Shown: positions 34,955 through 45,906 of the stretch, piece after piece
How positions within the stretch are numbered: the stretch's first letter is position 1
Layout: each line of letters begins with the position of its first letter
DNA from: a virus
Lineage: Duplodnaviria; Caudoviricetes
Length of the DNA stretch: 64,000 nt
Reading direction: 5' to 3' (one strand)
Virus record (IMG/VR): IMGVR_UViG_3300025653_000035
Location: 1,094 to 65,093 of that record
Notes under the pieces: generated by a model
The model's input: the letters and a program-made list of their open reading frames with translations, nothing else
What the model was told of the DNA's origin: nothing
The model's database searches: none
Program-made: the position numbers and the translations under genes

Positions 34955-37066
34955 TCAGGTTGGATAGGAGATAATGACAATGCCAGAACCACCAGAACCA
35001 CCACTTTTTGCTGGTTGTCCAGAATAAGAACCTCCTCCACCACCTCCACTTCCAGAGTTTGCTAAAGCATCATCCCCAGCAGTATTCTGTAAAGCACCAT
35101 TTCCTGCTCCTGCATATGGTCCACCACCTGATGGACCTGAACCACCAGTTCCATTTCCTGTGGCAGGATCATATCTTCCTCCTCCTCCTCCACCAGCAAC
35201 CCAATAAGTTCCAGATGGACCAGGGAATCCAACAGTTGATTTTGGATCTCTAAACGTTGCAGGAATTTGAACTCCAAGACCTCCATCGCCAGCAGGTGCG
35301 TTTCCAGTATTTGATTCTCCTACTCCACCAGCACCTCCGCCGCCGCCTGCACCTGCACCTACTCCTCCATATGAAGCAGCACCACCACCATTATAACCTT
35401 GTCTTGGAGGACCACCAATTCCCGTCCCCGCAGAAGTTGCGTTATATCCTCCTCCTCCACCACCAGAACCGCCAGGATTACCGTTTGCAGCAGCTCCGCC
35501 ACCTTTTCCACCATAACCACCACCAGCAACAGGAACGGTTAATGCTCCACTTAGACCTCCCGCCGATCCATCAGATCCAGAAAGACCGTCGGGTGATTGA
35601 GGTCCACCATTACCTCCAGCACCAACAGTTACAGTTACGGGACTTGTTGGGCAAGTAGTAGATCCAGTTTGATATCCACCGGCACCTCCACCGCCACCAA
35701 TATTTCCGCCGCCGCCACCACCACCAGCAACAACAACATATTCGATAGAAAGTGGAGATCCTGAAGTATTTACAAAAGTTCCAGTATTTGTAAAGGTATG
35801 AATGGTTTTGCTATCATAAAAACTTATATTTCCGCCAGTTGCTTTTGCAGTTCCTGTTTGATTTAATCCGATTTTATATCTGATAATAACTGTACCTGAA
35901 CCACCGTGACCTCCTTGAGTATCATTACTAGGTCCGCCACCGCCACCGCCACCTAATCCAGCAGTGCCAGAATATCCAAAAAATCCACCATCATTACGAC
36001 CATCACCACCACCACCAGTTCCACCTGTTCCAGCACCAGTACCTTCTCCTGGTACGGCACCACCACCTCCGCCGCCAGCATAAGTTATTGATGTTCCAGT
36101 AATAGCATTCGCTAAACCATTACCACCATTTTTTGATATCGTTGTAATTGGTCCCCCAGTACCAGCACCACCTCCACCACCAGCAGTTCCTGGTGAAGCT
36201 TCTGCCTTAAATCCTGGATTGCCTTCTAGTGCTGTTCCTGCACCACCATCAGCATTTGTTGTTCCTTGACCAGAACCACCGCCACCTGAACCACCAGAAC
36301 CACCAGTCGAACTAGTTCCAGCTGGATCACATGATCCACCACCGCCACCACCACTAGATGTTGTTCCATTAAATGATGAATTGCTACCATTTGGTGCAGC
36401 ATTAGCACCCTCTGGAGATTGATTTCCCCTACCCCCACCACCAACAACAACTGAATATGACTGTATATCTACGGGAGATCCAGTTACATATTTAAATCCG
36501 CCAGCACCACCACCACCACCTCTTTTTCCACCACCACCGCCGCCGCCTGCGACCACAAGATAGTCAACATTATTAGCAAAATCCTCAGAAAGTTGTGTTA
36601 CATTAAAGGTTCCTGATGAAGTAAATACGTGTGCTCTATACGCTATACCAGAATCTTCATATTCACTGATGATTCCACCAGTAGCAGAAAGTCCAGACTT
36701 GACCAATGACTTAACATCAACCCAACCCTCTGGTCCATATCCCTGAACCATATTGGTAGACGCATTGAATATAAGAGTTCCAACAGCAGTTCCAACACCA
36801 GCATTCCGTCCTGTGGTATCAGTCGCACCTATTCCAATACTTGTTGGTCTTATAAAACTATCACCAACAGTAATCTGATTTGCAGTTACATTACCACTCA
36901 GGTTGCCAGTCAGGTTACCACTAAAAGTCGTAGCAGTTACAGTTCCCGCAACATCAAGGTTTGAAGTTGGCACAGAAGTTCCAATGCCAATATTCCCAGA
37001 ACCGTCCTGATAAACTCCGCCAGTTCCAGATTGGTGATACCAATTATTAAACCTGATGTCAGACAT
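34955..37066 (-). CDS. Glycine-rich virion fibre protein (two Gly-rich domains)
   Basis: YRAHVFTSSGTF; DYLVVAGGGGGG; GGSGIVIISYP. Confidence 0.75.
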   Translation of the reverse strand: MSDIRFNNWYHQSGTGGVYQDGSGNIGIGTSVPTSNLDVAGTVTATTFSGNLTGNLSGNVTANQITVGDSFIRPTSIGIGATDTTGRNAGVGTAVGTLIFNASTNMVQGYGPEGWVDVKSLVKSGLSATGGIISEYEDSGIAYRAHVFTSSGTFNVTQLSEDFANNVDYLVVAGGGGGGGKRGGGGGAGGFKYVTGSPVDIQSYSVVVGGGGRGNQSPEGANAAPNGSNSSFNGTTSSGGGGGGSCDPAGTSSTGGSGGSGGGGSGQGTTNADGGAGTALEGNPGFKAEASPGTAGGGGGAGTGGPITTISKNGGNGLANAITGTSITYAGGGGGGAVPGEGTGAGTGGTGGGGDGRNDGGFFGYSGTAGLGGGGGGGPSNDTQGGHGGSGTVIIRYKIGLNQTGTAKATGGNISFYDSKTIHTFTNTGTFVNTSGSPLSIEYVVVAGGGGGGGNIGGGGGAGGYQTGSTTCPTSPVTVTVGAGGNGGPQSPDGLSGSDGSAGGLSGALTVPVAGGGYGGKGGGAAANGNPGGSGGGGGGYNATSAGTGIGGPPRQGYNGGGAASYGGVGAGAGGGGGAGGVGESNTGNAPAGDGGLGVQIPATFRDPKSTVGFPGPSGTYWVAGGGGGGRYDPATGNGTGGSGPSGGGPYAGAGNGALQNTAGDDALANSGSGGGGGGSYSGQPAKSGGSGGSGIVIISYPT

Positions 37067-37092
37067 TTATATAATACTTTTTTAGATATTTA

Positions 37093-39192
37093 TCAGACTG
37101 GATAAGAGATGATGACGATACCAGAACCACCATTGCCACCAGAACCAGCAATATTTGGATCAGGACCATTGCCAGGAACTCGACAACCTCCTCCACCACC
37201 AGATCCACGATTAACTTGACCAGCAGTACCAGATCCTGGCGTATCATAAGATCCTGGACCACGACCACCACCACCTATATCAGGACCTCTTTCTGAAAGT
37301 GAGGCACTTCCACCACCAGCATATCCAACATCATAACCAGTAATGTTGTAAATGAGTCCAGTTCCACCTCTACCAAGTTGACCTCTTGGAACCATTGTTG
37401 TTGGGAATGAGTTGGCGTTTCCACCATCATAACCATTTGCACCAGCACCGCCGCCGCCACCTGCACAATATGGTTCATTTCCATTATTTTGTCCACCATT
37501 ATTACCCCATCCAAGTGGTGGAGATACTGAGTTTGGAGTTCCTCCACTTGCACCAGTTGCACTACCACCTAAAGCAGGATTTCCTCCGCCGCCACCTCCT
37601 CCGCCAGAACCACCTGCTCTACCGGAACCATCTTGACCACTTCCACCTCCACCACCAGGAGATGTTATTGCGGAAGGAAGATTGAGTGTTGATGCACCAC
37701 CATCAAATCCGGGTCCCGAATTAAGTCCAGTACCTTGCTGTCCACCTGCACCAGAAGCACCAACAACAACAGGATATGTTCCTGTGGATATTGGTTGATT
37801 TTCAGCATAACGTAGAAGACCTGCTCCGCCGCCAGCACCATTATTGTTATTATCTCCACCACCACCTCCGCCGCCACCGACGACAAGATAGTTAATAGAT
37901 GTCAATGTTGGATTGGTAACAGTAAATTCTCCTGATGAAAGGAATTGGTGAATTACTTTTCCACCTTTAAAAGATATCATACCACCAGTTGCTTTGGCAG
38001 TACCACTTAGTCCACCAATTTGATATCTGATAACGCAAACACCAGAACCACCATTTGCACCCATCTGAAGTCCAACTGGGGCTGGTTCAAATCTTGCAGC
38101 ACCTCCGCCACCTCCACCAGAACCACCAACACCGTGCTGAGCACCACCAGCTTCACCAGTTCTCGTTGGATATGTACTATGTGCATCCCCACCGCCACCA
38201 AGACCACCAACACCTGCCAATGGTTCTACATATGGTCCACTAAGACCAATTTCACTATCAGCACCACCACCGCCGCCAGCATAGTAAGTTGTAATTCCAG
38301 TAATATTATATGATAATCCATCACCACCATCCCTTGCTCTGCCCGTTCCCCCAGATTGACCTGCTCCGCCGCCACCGCCAGCATTTATTGCACTCTCACC
38401 ATTATTACCCCATCCTTGATCTGGCGAAACAGATCCATTGGAACCACCAGAGTCTCCATCACCACTACCACCAACACCTTGCTGACTACCGCCACCAGAA
38501 CCACCATCTGCACCTCTTTGGTCAATACCACTAGATCCCCCACCACCACCACCACCACCTGGTGAAGTAACTGTGGTAGATCCCAACTCTAATGTAGAAG
38601 CATTTCCAGGATTACCAATAACGTTACTGATACTACCAACCCCACCTGCACCGATAGTAATGTTATAAGAACCTTCCGAAATAGATTGATTGGTCTGATA
38701 ACGGAGAAGACCCGCACCTCCACCTGCACCAGATCTACCATTAGTACCACCAGTTCCACCAGAACCACCACCACCAACTAAAAGATAGTCGATCTTTGCA
38801 TTTTCTGGTGCATTATGTACGTTAAACTGTCCAGAATTAGTAAACTTATGTGCTCTATAAAAAACACTACCATCTTGGTATTCTGAAACAGTACCACCAG
38901 ATGCTTCAATATATCCACCACCAAGATTAGACCACCCAATAGATCCGTTATATACCTGTAACTGCTTTACGTCAGAATTATAAACTAATGCACCATCATC
39001 AGTTCCAACACCAGCATTTCTTTGTAGTGTGGTTTTATTTGTAATATTTACCTCGCCAGTAACATTTCCTATTAAGTTACCAACAGTTATAGAACCAGGA
39101 ACATTAAGATTACTAGCAACTGTTACGCTGCTAACTCCAACATCTCCTTCTATTGTATTGACAATAATCTTGCTAGTCATATGATCCTCCAC
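37093..39192 (-). CDS. Glycine-rich virion fibre protein, paralog
   Basis: YRAHKFTNSGQF; DYLLVGGGG; GGSGIVIISYP. Confidence 0.75.
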   Translation of the reverse strand: MEDHMTSKIIVNTIEGDVGVSSVTVASNLNVPGSITVGNLIGNVTGEVNITNKTTLQRNAGVGTDDGALVYNSDVKQLQVYNGSIGWSNLGGGYIEASGGTVSEYQDGSVFYRAHKFTNSGQFNVHNAPENAKIDYLLVGGGGSGGTGGTNGRSGAGGGAGLLRYQTNQSISEGSYNITIGAGGVGSISNVIGNPGNASTLELGSTTVTSPGGGGGGGGSSGIDQRGADGGSGGGSQQGVGGSGDGDSGGSNGSVSPDQGWGNNGESAINAGGGGGAGQSGGTGRARDGGDGLSYNITGITTYYAGGGGGADSEIGLSGPYVEPLAGVGGLGGGGDAHSTYPTRTGEAGGAQHGVGGSGGGGGGAARFEPAPVGLQMGANGGSGVCVIRYQIGGLSGTAKATGGMISFKGGKVIHQFLSSGEFTVTNPTLTSINYLVVGGGGGGGGDNNNNGAGGGAGLLRYAENQPISTGTYPVVVGASGAGGQQGTGLNSGPGFDGGASTLNLPSAITSPGGGGGSGQDGSGRAGGSGGGGGGGGNPALGGSATGASGGTPNSVSPPLGWGNNGGQNNGNEPYCAGGGGGAGANGYDGGNANSFPTTMVPRGQLGRGGTGLIYNITGYDVGYAGGGSASLSERGPDIGGGGRGPGSYDTPGSGTAGQVNRGSGGGGGCRVPGNGPDPNIAGSGGNGGSGIVIISYPV

Positions 39193-39428
39193 TCTCCTTG
39201 AATAGTGACAGTCTTACCAGAACTTACTGTGACTGCTCCTGCTGTGACTCCGTTAGTTCCTGCTGGAATAGTTACATCCTCATCAATGGTATTCTTACAA
39301 GCCTTGATGACACCGTAAGTGTCTAACCATTGCTTTGCACCATTCGCAGAAATAATATCTTTAAAGTCAACAGTGCCCTGATGTGAGCGTATTGTATTTA
39401 CAATTAATTTAGTCATACAATCACCCAC
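39177..39428 (-). CDS. Small adaptor-like virion protein
   Basis: KQWLDTYGVIK; NGVTAGAVT...EWRII; paralog of 39413..39652. Confidence 0.6.
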   Translation of the reverse strand: MGDCMTKLIVNTIRSHQGTVDFKDIISANGAKQWLDTYGVIKACKNTIDEDVTIPAGTNGVTAGAVTVSSGKTVTIQGEWRII

Positions 39429-39652
39429 TCCCCATTAACAGTTACCTCATAAGTATCAGCAATCGTAATTGGTCCTGCGGAAAGACCATTTGATCCTGCT
39501 GGAATCGTCACATCTTCTGAGATAGTTGTGCGATTGGTTTTAATCACACCATAAGAATCCACCCACTGCTTATCACCATTAGCAGTAATCTGATCTTTGA
39601 ACTCCGTTGTTGCGGAAGATGAATCAATAATGTTTGCCTTGATTGTGGACAT
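39413..39652 (-). CDS. Small adaptor-like virion protein
   Basis: KQWVDSYGVIK; NGLSAGPIT...EWVIV. Confidence 0.6.
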   Translation of the reverse strand: MSTIKANIIDSSSATTEFKDQITANGDKQWVDSYGVIKTNRTTISEDVTIPAGSNGLSAGPITIADTYEVTVNGEWVIV

Positions 39653-39672
39653 CTTGGTGCTTTTTTAGATAT

Positions 39673-41724
39673 TTATGAAGGATAAGCGATGATGACGATA
39701 CCGGATCCACCGTCGCCGCCAGATATTTGATCGGAAGCAGCGAACGTTCCAGCCCCAGACGCACCACCTCCACCTCCTCCAAGACTTTGAATTCCAGAAT
39801 TGCCGTTATTTCCATTAGGATCTGATAATCCAGCTGCTCCTCCTCCACCTATTCCACCAGATCCAGCAGTTCCTAGACCAAAAAAAGTTCCTCCTCCTCC
39901 ACCACCAGCATAAGTTACTGATGTTCCAGAAATAGCAGATGCTGCTCCGAGTCCTCCATTACCACCAGCAGTTGGTGTTCCTGATTGACCAGCGCCACCA
40001 GCACCGCCACCGGCGCCAGCACCATATACTGGCCCACCCGGACTACCAGCACCTCCATTATTTCCTTGTGGAGGAGAAGTTGGTGGAGTATTTCCAGTTC
40101 CACCAGGAAGAATACCGCTAGGACCCTGGGATCCGCCGCCGCCAGAACCACCAGGTTGACCTGGATTTCCATAATAAGCTCCACCGGCGCCACCTCCTGT
40201 TGAAGTTATAGTGGAAAATACTGACGGAGATCCATTATTTCCATTATTAGATTTTTTATTTCCTGCGCCGCCACCACCAACAGTAACTGATATACTTCCA
40301 GAAATCGGCAATCCAATACCAGTTCTAAAACCACCTGCACCTCCTCCTCCGCCAGAAGCCCAAGAGGAAGGACTGGAAGCTGATCCACCAGAACCACCAC
40401 CAGCGACCACAAGGTAGTCAACGGACGTTAGTGCTGGATTAGTAACCGTAAAGGTTCCTGATGAATAGAATGTATGAATTGTTTTCCCATTAGCATAAGA
40501 AATCGCACCACCAGTTGCTTTGGCGATTCCTCCAACTTGCCCTATCTCATAACGGATGACTACGATACCAGAACCACCGGAACCACCTGACAATTGAGTT
40601 CCTGGAATATTATTCCATCCTCCTCCTCCACCACCACCAGTAGCAACAGTTCCAGAAACTCCTGGTATATTTGGTCCAGTACCACCAGCACCTCCTCCAC
40701 CTATTCCACCTGTTGATCTAGTTGCACCTGGTTCATAATGTCCTCCTCCTCCACCACCGGCATAATGAGTAGAAAATCCAGTAATAGCAGACAGAGAACC
40801 AGATCCACCAGGTCCAGCAATAGTGGGACTTCCATCAGATCCATTACTACTTGCTCCTCCTCCACCACCAGCTCCATAATTTGGAGCACCAGAAATAGAA
40901 GGATCTGCAGATCCACCATCATTTCCTTGTGGTGGTACTGGTGTTGATGTTCCCGTAACTCTATTTCCAGTTCCAGGAGTTCCAGTAGTAGCTCGCTGGC
41001 AAGCTCCTCCACCCGAACCACCGGGTACTCCACCTGCGATGGGTGGAGCGGCATCTGCTCCACCTGCACCACCGCCTTGTGATGTTGTGGTGGAAAATAT
41101 TGAAGGAGATCCACTTGCTGATTGATTGGTAGGTACTAGTTCTGCTGCAGCTCCACCACCGCCTACTGTAACTGTATACGAACTTACAGTTATTGGAGAA
41201 CCACTACCAATTCTAAAACCACCGGCACCACCACCGCCACCACGTTTTGGAGATCCACCACCCCCACCACCGACCACAAGGTAGTCAACAGTCGCAGAAG
41301 GAGGTGCCGATAATACATTAAAAGACGCAGATGAAGTAAAGATATGAGCCCTATAAACCCTACCACCTTCTACATACTCATTCACCAAACCACCAGTGGC
41401 ATTCATTGCCTCTTTGCCGACATCAGACCAGGAATTACCATTATAAACTTGAACAGAACCAGTATCGCTATTGTAGATTAAAGTTCCTTGTGCTGTATTA
41501 ATACCAGCACTTCTTCCAGTCGTGTTTGTGGTTCCGATACCAATACTTGTGGGTGTTAAAAATGTATCACCAACAGTAATCTGATTGCCAGTGATACCAT
41601 CAGCAACATTTAGACTTCCCTGAACTGTGGTGACGCCAGAAATTACAGGACCACTATCAGTAAAACTTACTGTGCTTACCCCTGTTCTACTGGTTATCTG
41701 ATTTACACGAATCTCTGACGCCAT
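39673..41724 (-). CDS. Glycine-rich virion fibre protein, paralog
   Basis: YRAHIFTSSASF; DYLVVGGGGGG; GGSGIVIIAYP. Confidence 0.75.
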   Translation of the reverse strand: MASEIRVNQITSRTGVSTVSFTDSGPVISGVTTVQGSLNVADGITGNQITVGDTFLTPTSIGIGTTNTTGRSAGINTAQGTLIYNSDTGSVQVYNGNSWSDVGKEAMNATGGLVNEYVEGGRVYRAHIFTSSASFNVLSAPPSATVDYLVVGGGGGGSPKRGGGGGAGGFRIGSGSPITVSSYTVTVGGGGAAAELVPTNQSASGSPSIFSTTTSQGGGAGGADAAPPIAGGVPGGSGGGACQRATTGTPGTGNRVTGTSTPVPPQGNDGGSADPSISGAPNYGAGGGGGASSNGSDGSPTIAGPGGSGSLSAITGFSTHYAGGGGGGHYEPGATRSTGGIGGGGAGGTGPNIPGVSGTVATGGGGGGGWNNIPGTQLSGGSGGSGIVVIRYEIGQVGGIAKATGGAISYANGKTIHTFYSSGTFTVTNPALTSVDYLVVAGGGSGGSASSPSSWASGGGGGAGGFRTGIGLPISGSISVTVGGGGAGNKKSNNGNNGSPSVFSTITSTGGGAGGAYYGNPGQPGGSGGGGSQGPSGILPGGTGNTPPTSPPQGNNGGAGSPGGPVYGAGAGGGAGGAGQSGTPTAGGNGGLGAASAISGTSVTYAGGGGGGTFFGLGTAGSGGIGGGGAAGLSDPNGNNGNSGIQSLGGGGGGASGAGTFAASDQISGGDGGSGIVIIAYPS

Positions 41725-41742
41725 CTTATATCAGGTTTTCTA

Positions 41743-44700
41743 TTATTTAGCGTTCGCCGTCTGGAATGGTGACTCTGCGAAGGCAGCGAAGATGTAAGTT
41801 GCTCCATTACCATTCCTTTCATTTCCAACACCCGCTCTAATTTTAAATCCATTGGAAAGAAAATCCATTGCTCTGTATGTTAAGTCGGTGTATTCAGTAT
41901 TGGAATTATCTGCAAAAATAGTTTCTCCATTGGGATTATCAGAACTTCTAGCATTATCCATTATTACCCAACCATTTGTTACTCCAATTGCTGCCTTAAT
42001 CATTACCCAAGCAGGTTTAAATCCACAATACACAAAGGGTCCGTCAGTGCTATCATTACCTATATAACTTCCAAACTTACTGAAACCTTCTACACTGTGC
42101 CACGCATAATAGATTATTTTATCACCATCATAATATCCTCCATGTGATACAATAGAAGAAGTTGGAGTTGTACTATTCCAAGAACCACTGGCAGAAGCAG
42201 CAGCAGTGGTAAATCTCAAAACATTGGCATTCCCAATGTCTTTATGATAAATGGACCATCCAGCATCTCTATCTCTTGACTTCCAGATTATAAATTCTGG
42301 TGCTTGATTCAAACCATGTCCAGTAGTATATGCAGAAGTTCCTGAAACAGTATAAGAAACAATACTAAACCCAGCAGTCTGATTAGCACTCACCTGTGAT
42401 GTGATACTTCCATCAGTATTTGTTACTGCTGGACCACCTGCTTTCCAACACCAGGCGATCATATTTTGACCGCTTACATTCCATCCATAGTAACCAGAAC
42501 CATCATCAACATTAAGTGAAAATCCATCACTATCAAAAGAATTCAAAACTCTTTCAGTGGAAAATGATTCAGCATCTGTGGTATTGGTAGATAAAGTATT
42601 GTCAACCCCCGTAACACTATTAGTAAGTAAATGGTATAGTTGAGCATTTCTTGACTTTATCCAAACCAAGTCTGGTTGGAATCCAATACCAGTAATACTT
42701 CTAGTGTTCCCATCACCAGTCCAAAGCACAGTCTTAAAGTGCTCACCAGGATTCTTAATCGCAGGAGTTGGTAAGTTGTCCTCACATAATGCTAGGAAAC
42801 CACTTGGAGGTTGATACTTGAAGAGTCCTTTACCATTAGAATCGGTATAGGTTCCTGCTGTGGTGTTTCCAGAGAATGTTGGGTTTTGCCCGAAGTTTAC
42901 TGTAGCAGCAACATTACTATAAGGAGATACTCCAAATGCATAGTCTGCTCCCGATTCTAATATATTAGTTAAATTATATTGAAGAACATTATTTTTATAA
43001 AATTTTATATTATTACTATCCAAGTCCAGAGCAATTGATATTATATCCCCAGTTGCTGCCGTAGCATCTCCACCAGTGTATACACTATTTGTACCATTGT
43101 ATGTTATATCTCCTCTACTTCCAGTATTATATACAAGTCCAACTCCTTTAGATCCAGTCTGACCACCTACGTGTCTTGTGTGTGTTTCTAACCAAGTTTG
43201 GTCTATACCAAAGAAAATCCAGTCCAATCTATCTATTCTCATTTCTGCATACCACTTTCCACTTCTTACATAATGTGTTCCCAGAAGAGTATGCCATCCC
43301 CCACTAGATTGATCTATAGATAAGTTACCATTAAATGGTACAAGGTTAGCTGTATCAAGAGGATTTAAAGTAGCAAAGTTATTCGCAGTGCAATCAGGAA
43401 CTGCTCTCCAACTCTCAATACCTACTGGGGCATAAGGTTTCGGAACATCAAAACCACCTTTGTATTTTGCTACGCCTTTGTATACACGGACATCTTGTAT
43501 ATATCCATTAGTTTCTTCTGTGGATCCAGCATCCCAAGTACCAATTTTAATAGTATCGTCGGTATTTTCGTACAATGATGAAGGTGCTACGGTAGATATA
43601 CCAACAACCACACCATTAACATACAGACGTATGGTAGTTCCTTCTTTTTCTCCAACAATATGATTCCATTGATTTGTTGTTAAAAAGTTATTCCCACTTG
43701 ATATAACCAATTGTCCTGCAGATGTTCCGTCAGATGACACGATAAAATTTGCATCATTACTAGATCCAGTATATAAGAGCCAACTTCTTCTATTCAGACC
43801 TCCAGCATAATTCCAAAGACCAACAATGCCATTACCACCTGTAAAGTCCTTGGCATATAACCAAGCTTCAACTGTAAAATCATCAGATCCCATCCTCAAA
43901 TCTGCTGTATTGGGAACTGTAAAATAATCATCAGTACCATCAAAACTTAAAGCACTTCCATAATATGATGGAATATCAGCGATACCAGCACCACCGTTTA
44001 CTGTAAGAGTCTTATTACTTCCACTACCTTTAATATCGGCAGAGTAATCTGTTGGGATATTTACTTCCCTTACTGAAATATTATCAAAATATGCATCTGA
44101 TGTATAGTTTGCTCCTAAGGTAAGATATGTGGTAGTTGATGTGGCAACAAAAGAAGCAGTTTGTATTTTATTAGATGTATCATTATTATCAATTCTTGCT
44201 GTCAAATCATTAGTATTTGCCGCTGTTCCGACACTAAATTTTGCAGGTTGATTTGAAGTTGCTGTTCTGGATGTAACGGATACCTTATATGATTTACCAA
44301 TTTCTGTTGTGATTGTTTGAATACAATTTGCACCATTAGTACTTACATATTCTACGAATAATTCTCCATTAACAACACTTAATGTTCCAGTTGCTGAATT
44401 TAATGTCCAACCACTTGTACCATTACTAAAATCTCCATTTGTTACCAATTCTGGACCAGTAGCAGTAGAAATACCAGGAACAGCAAGAACCAAATTAGCA
44501 GCATAAGGGTCTGTTCTTAACTGACTGACATAAGCATCAGTTGTCTCTGGAGCACCGTTGCGTGGTTGTGGTAGGTTCTCTCCTTTCAGAGTGATAATAC
44601 TATTTGGTGTGGTATGGAAGTCAGCACCAAAGTTGGAACTATCATTCATTGGTAGATAGAAACCATTGACTCCAAATCCACCTCTGCGGTTGATTTCAGT

Positions 44701-45324
44701 CTTGATAATTCTTGGTGTCTTTGGAACCCATTGTCCTGGTCTGAAATCAGTTGCTTGTGAAGTTCCAGAAGACTGATATCCTTTTCCGTCCTTATAGAAA
44801 CCAAACACATCTGGTGTGAGTGCTTGACCGTCTACGAAAAAAATATCAGATAATTCTAATTTGGCATACCCAGCAAAATTTCCAGAACTATTACGTCCAA
44901 CTCCAAGCAATGTTTCCTGCCCTGCTGTCATATTATCACAAAGATAATTTTGGGGAATAGCAGAATATCCAGAAACAACACTCAAAGATCTCTGAACACC
45001 GTTTATGTAAAGGTTAAGTCTATCATCCTCAGTTGCCTGTGTTGTATCAACAACGATTTGATAGTGTAACCAAGAACCAAAATCTCTATATTCTTCATCT
45101 ACTTCATAAACTCTAGAAGTAGATGACTGATAAAAATTAAGGTAGATACCTGTACCCCCACTAGCATTAAATCCAAACATTACTAGTCCATCATTGACTG
45201 TATTGGGACTAGAAAAACTTATTATTTCATAAGCATCTTGTTGTCTCTTTACCCAACCTGCCCAAGTAAAAACCTTTCTATTGCCACTACTTGTAGGAGT
45301 TCTTTTTAAATACTCATTTGCCAT
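41743..45324 (-). CDS. Large virion adhesin/fibre with LamG and SPRY-like domains, copy B
   Basis: Same N-terminus MANEYLKRTPTSSGNRKVFTWAGWVKR and C-terminus FAAFAESPFQTANAK as 20594..24151. Confidence 0.7.
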   Translation of the reverse strand: MANEYLKRTPTSSGNRKVFTWAGWVKRQQDAYEIISFSSPNTVNDGLVMFGFNASGGTGIYLNFYQSSTSRVYEVDEEYRDFGSWLHYQIVVDTTQATEDDRLNLYINGVQRSLSVVSGYSAIPQNYLCDNMTAGQETLLGVGRNSSGNFAGYAKLELSDIFFVDGQALTPDVFGFYKDGKGYQSSGTSQATDFRPGQWVPKTPRIIKTEINRRGGFGVNGFYLPMNDSSNFGADFHTTPNSIITLKGENLPQPRNGAPETTDAYVSQLRTDPYAANLVLAVPGISTATGPELVTNGDFSNGTSGWTLNSATGTLSVVNGELFVEYVSTNGANCIQTITTEIGKSYKVSVTSRTATSNQPAKFSVGTAANTNDLTARIDNNDTSNKIQTASFVATSTTTYLTLGANYTSDAYFDNISVREVNIPTDYSADIKGSGSNKTLTVNGGAGIADIPSYYGSALSFDGTDDYFTVPNTADLRMGSDDFTVEAWLYAKDFTGGNGIVGLWNYAGGLNRRSWLLYTGSSNDANFIVSSDGTSAGQLVISSGNNFLTTNQWNHIVGEKEGTTIRLYVNGVVVGISTVAPSSLYENTDDTIKIGTWDAGSTEETNGYIQDVRVYKGVAKYKGGFDVPKPYAPVGIESWRAVPDCTANNFATLNPLDTANLVPFNGNLSIDQSSGGWHTLLGTHYVRSGKWYAEMRIDRLDWIFFGIDQTWLETHTRHVGGQTGSKGVGLVYNTGSRGDITYNGTNSVYTGGDATAATGDIISIALDLDSNNIKFYKNNVLQYNLTNILESGADYAFGVSPYSNVAATVNFGQNPTFSGNTTAGTYTDSNGKGLFKYQPPSGFLALCEDNLPTPAIKNPGEHFKTVLWTGDGNTRSITGIGFQPDLVWIKSRNAQLYHLLTNSVTGVDNTLSTNTTDAESFSTERVLNSFDSDGFSLNVDDGSGYYGWNVSGQNMIAWCWKAGGPAVTNTDGSITSQVSANQTAGFSIVSYTVSGTSAYTTGHGLNQAPEFIIWKSRDRDAGWSIYHKDIGNANVLRFTTAAASASGSWNSTTPTSSIVSHGGYYDGDKIIYYAWHSVEGFSKFGSYIGNDSTDGPFVYCGFKPAWVMIKAAIGVTNGWVIMDNARSSDNPNGETIFADNSNTEYTDLTYRAMDFLSNGFKIRAGVGNERNGNGATYIFAAFAESPFQTANAK

Positions 45325-45335
45325 TATGTCTTACC

Positions 45336-45881
45336 TCAACCTAAAATTACTGAACCAGTTGGAAAATAATCACTGATAATCTCTACCCAATCAGTGCCGT
45401 TATAGAACTCCAAAGCACTGTTGGTTGTGTTGTATCTTATGTAGGGATTATTTCCAGTGGGTCTTTGTGCTGTGGTTCCTTGTGGAAGTGCAAAGGCATC
45501 AGTTGCTTGTGAGGCATCTAGACAGACTTCTGGTTGGTCTGTTCTAATACCGACTGATGACGCTGCACCTACCAGATGTAAGTCGTTCCGTGCGGTTACA
45601 ATGCCGATAGAGTCAACGTTAGTTACATCATCATATGTAATCGTTCCTGCAACAGAAATATTTGGTGCATATAAGTCACCAACAAATGTTACATTCTGAT
45701 TTGAATCAACATTAAAAGTTTGTTCTGTTGTATTAATACCAACAGTTGTAATTCCAGAAGTCTCCCCATTAATAGTGACTAATACATCACCATTAGAGTT
45801 AGTAACTTTTACTTTTTCATTTACTGAGGGACTAGACGCATCCGCCTTCGCCTCAATATTACTAACGCGGAGAGTACTCAT
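45336..45881 (-). CDS. Small fibre/adaptor protein, paralog of 24163..24591
   Basis: TYDDVTNVDSIG; VCLDASQATDAFALPQGTTAQRP. Confidence 0.6.
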   Translation of the reverse strand: MSTLRVSNIEAKADASSPSVNEKVKVTNSNGDVLVTINGETSGITTVGINTTEQTFNVDSNQNVTFVGDLYAPNISVAGTITYDDVTNVDSIGIVTARNDLHLVGAASSVGIRTDQPEVCLDASQATDAFALPQGTTAQRPTGNNPYIRYNTTNSALEFYNGTDWVEIISDYFPTGSVILG

Positions 45882-45906
45882 TCTCTTATAATATCCTTTC
45901 TAATAT

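Noticed and set aside
35008-41114. Numerous His/Gln/Val-rich 60-137 aa ORFs in alternative frames
   Set aside because: By-products of GGN codon runs in the Gly-rich genes
20594-45324. Diversity-generating retroelement (TR/VR pair) between the two adhesin C-termini
   Set aside because: Differences seen are mainly synonymous third-position changes, not adenine-specific; both copies are full genes; no reverse transcriptase in the window
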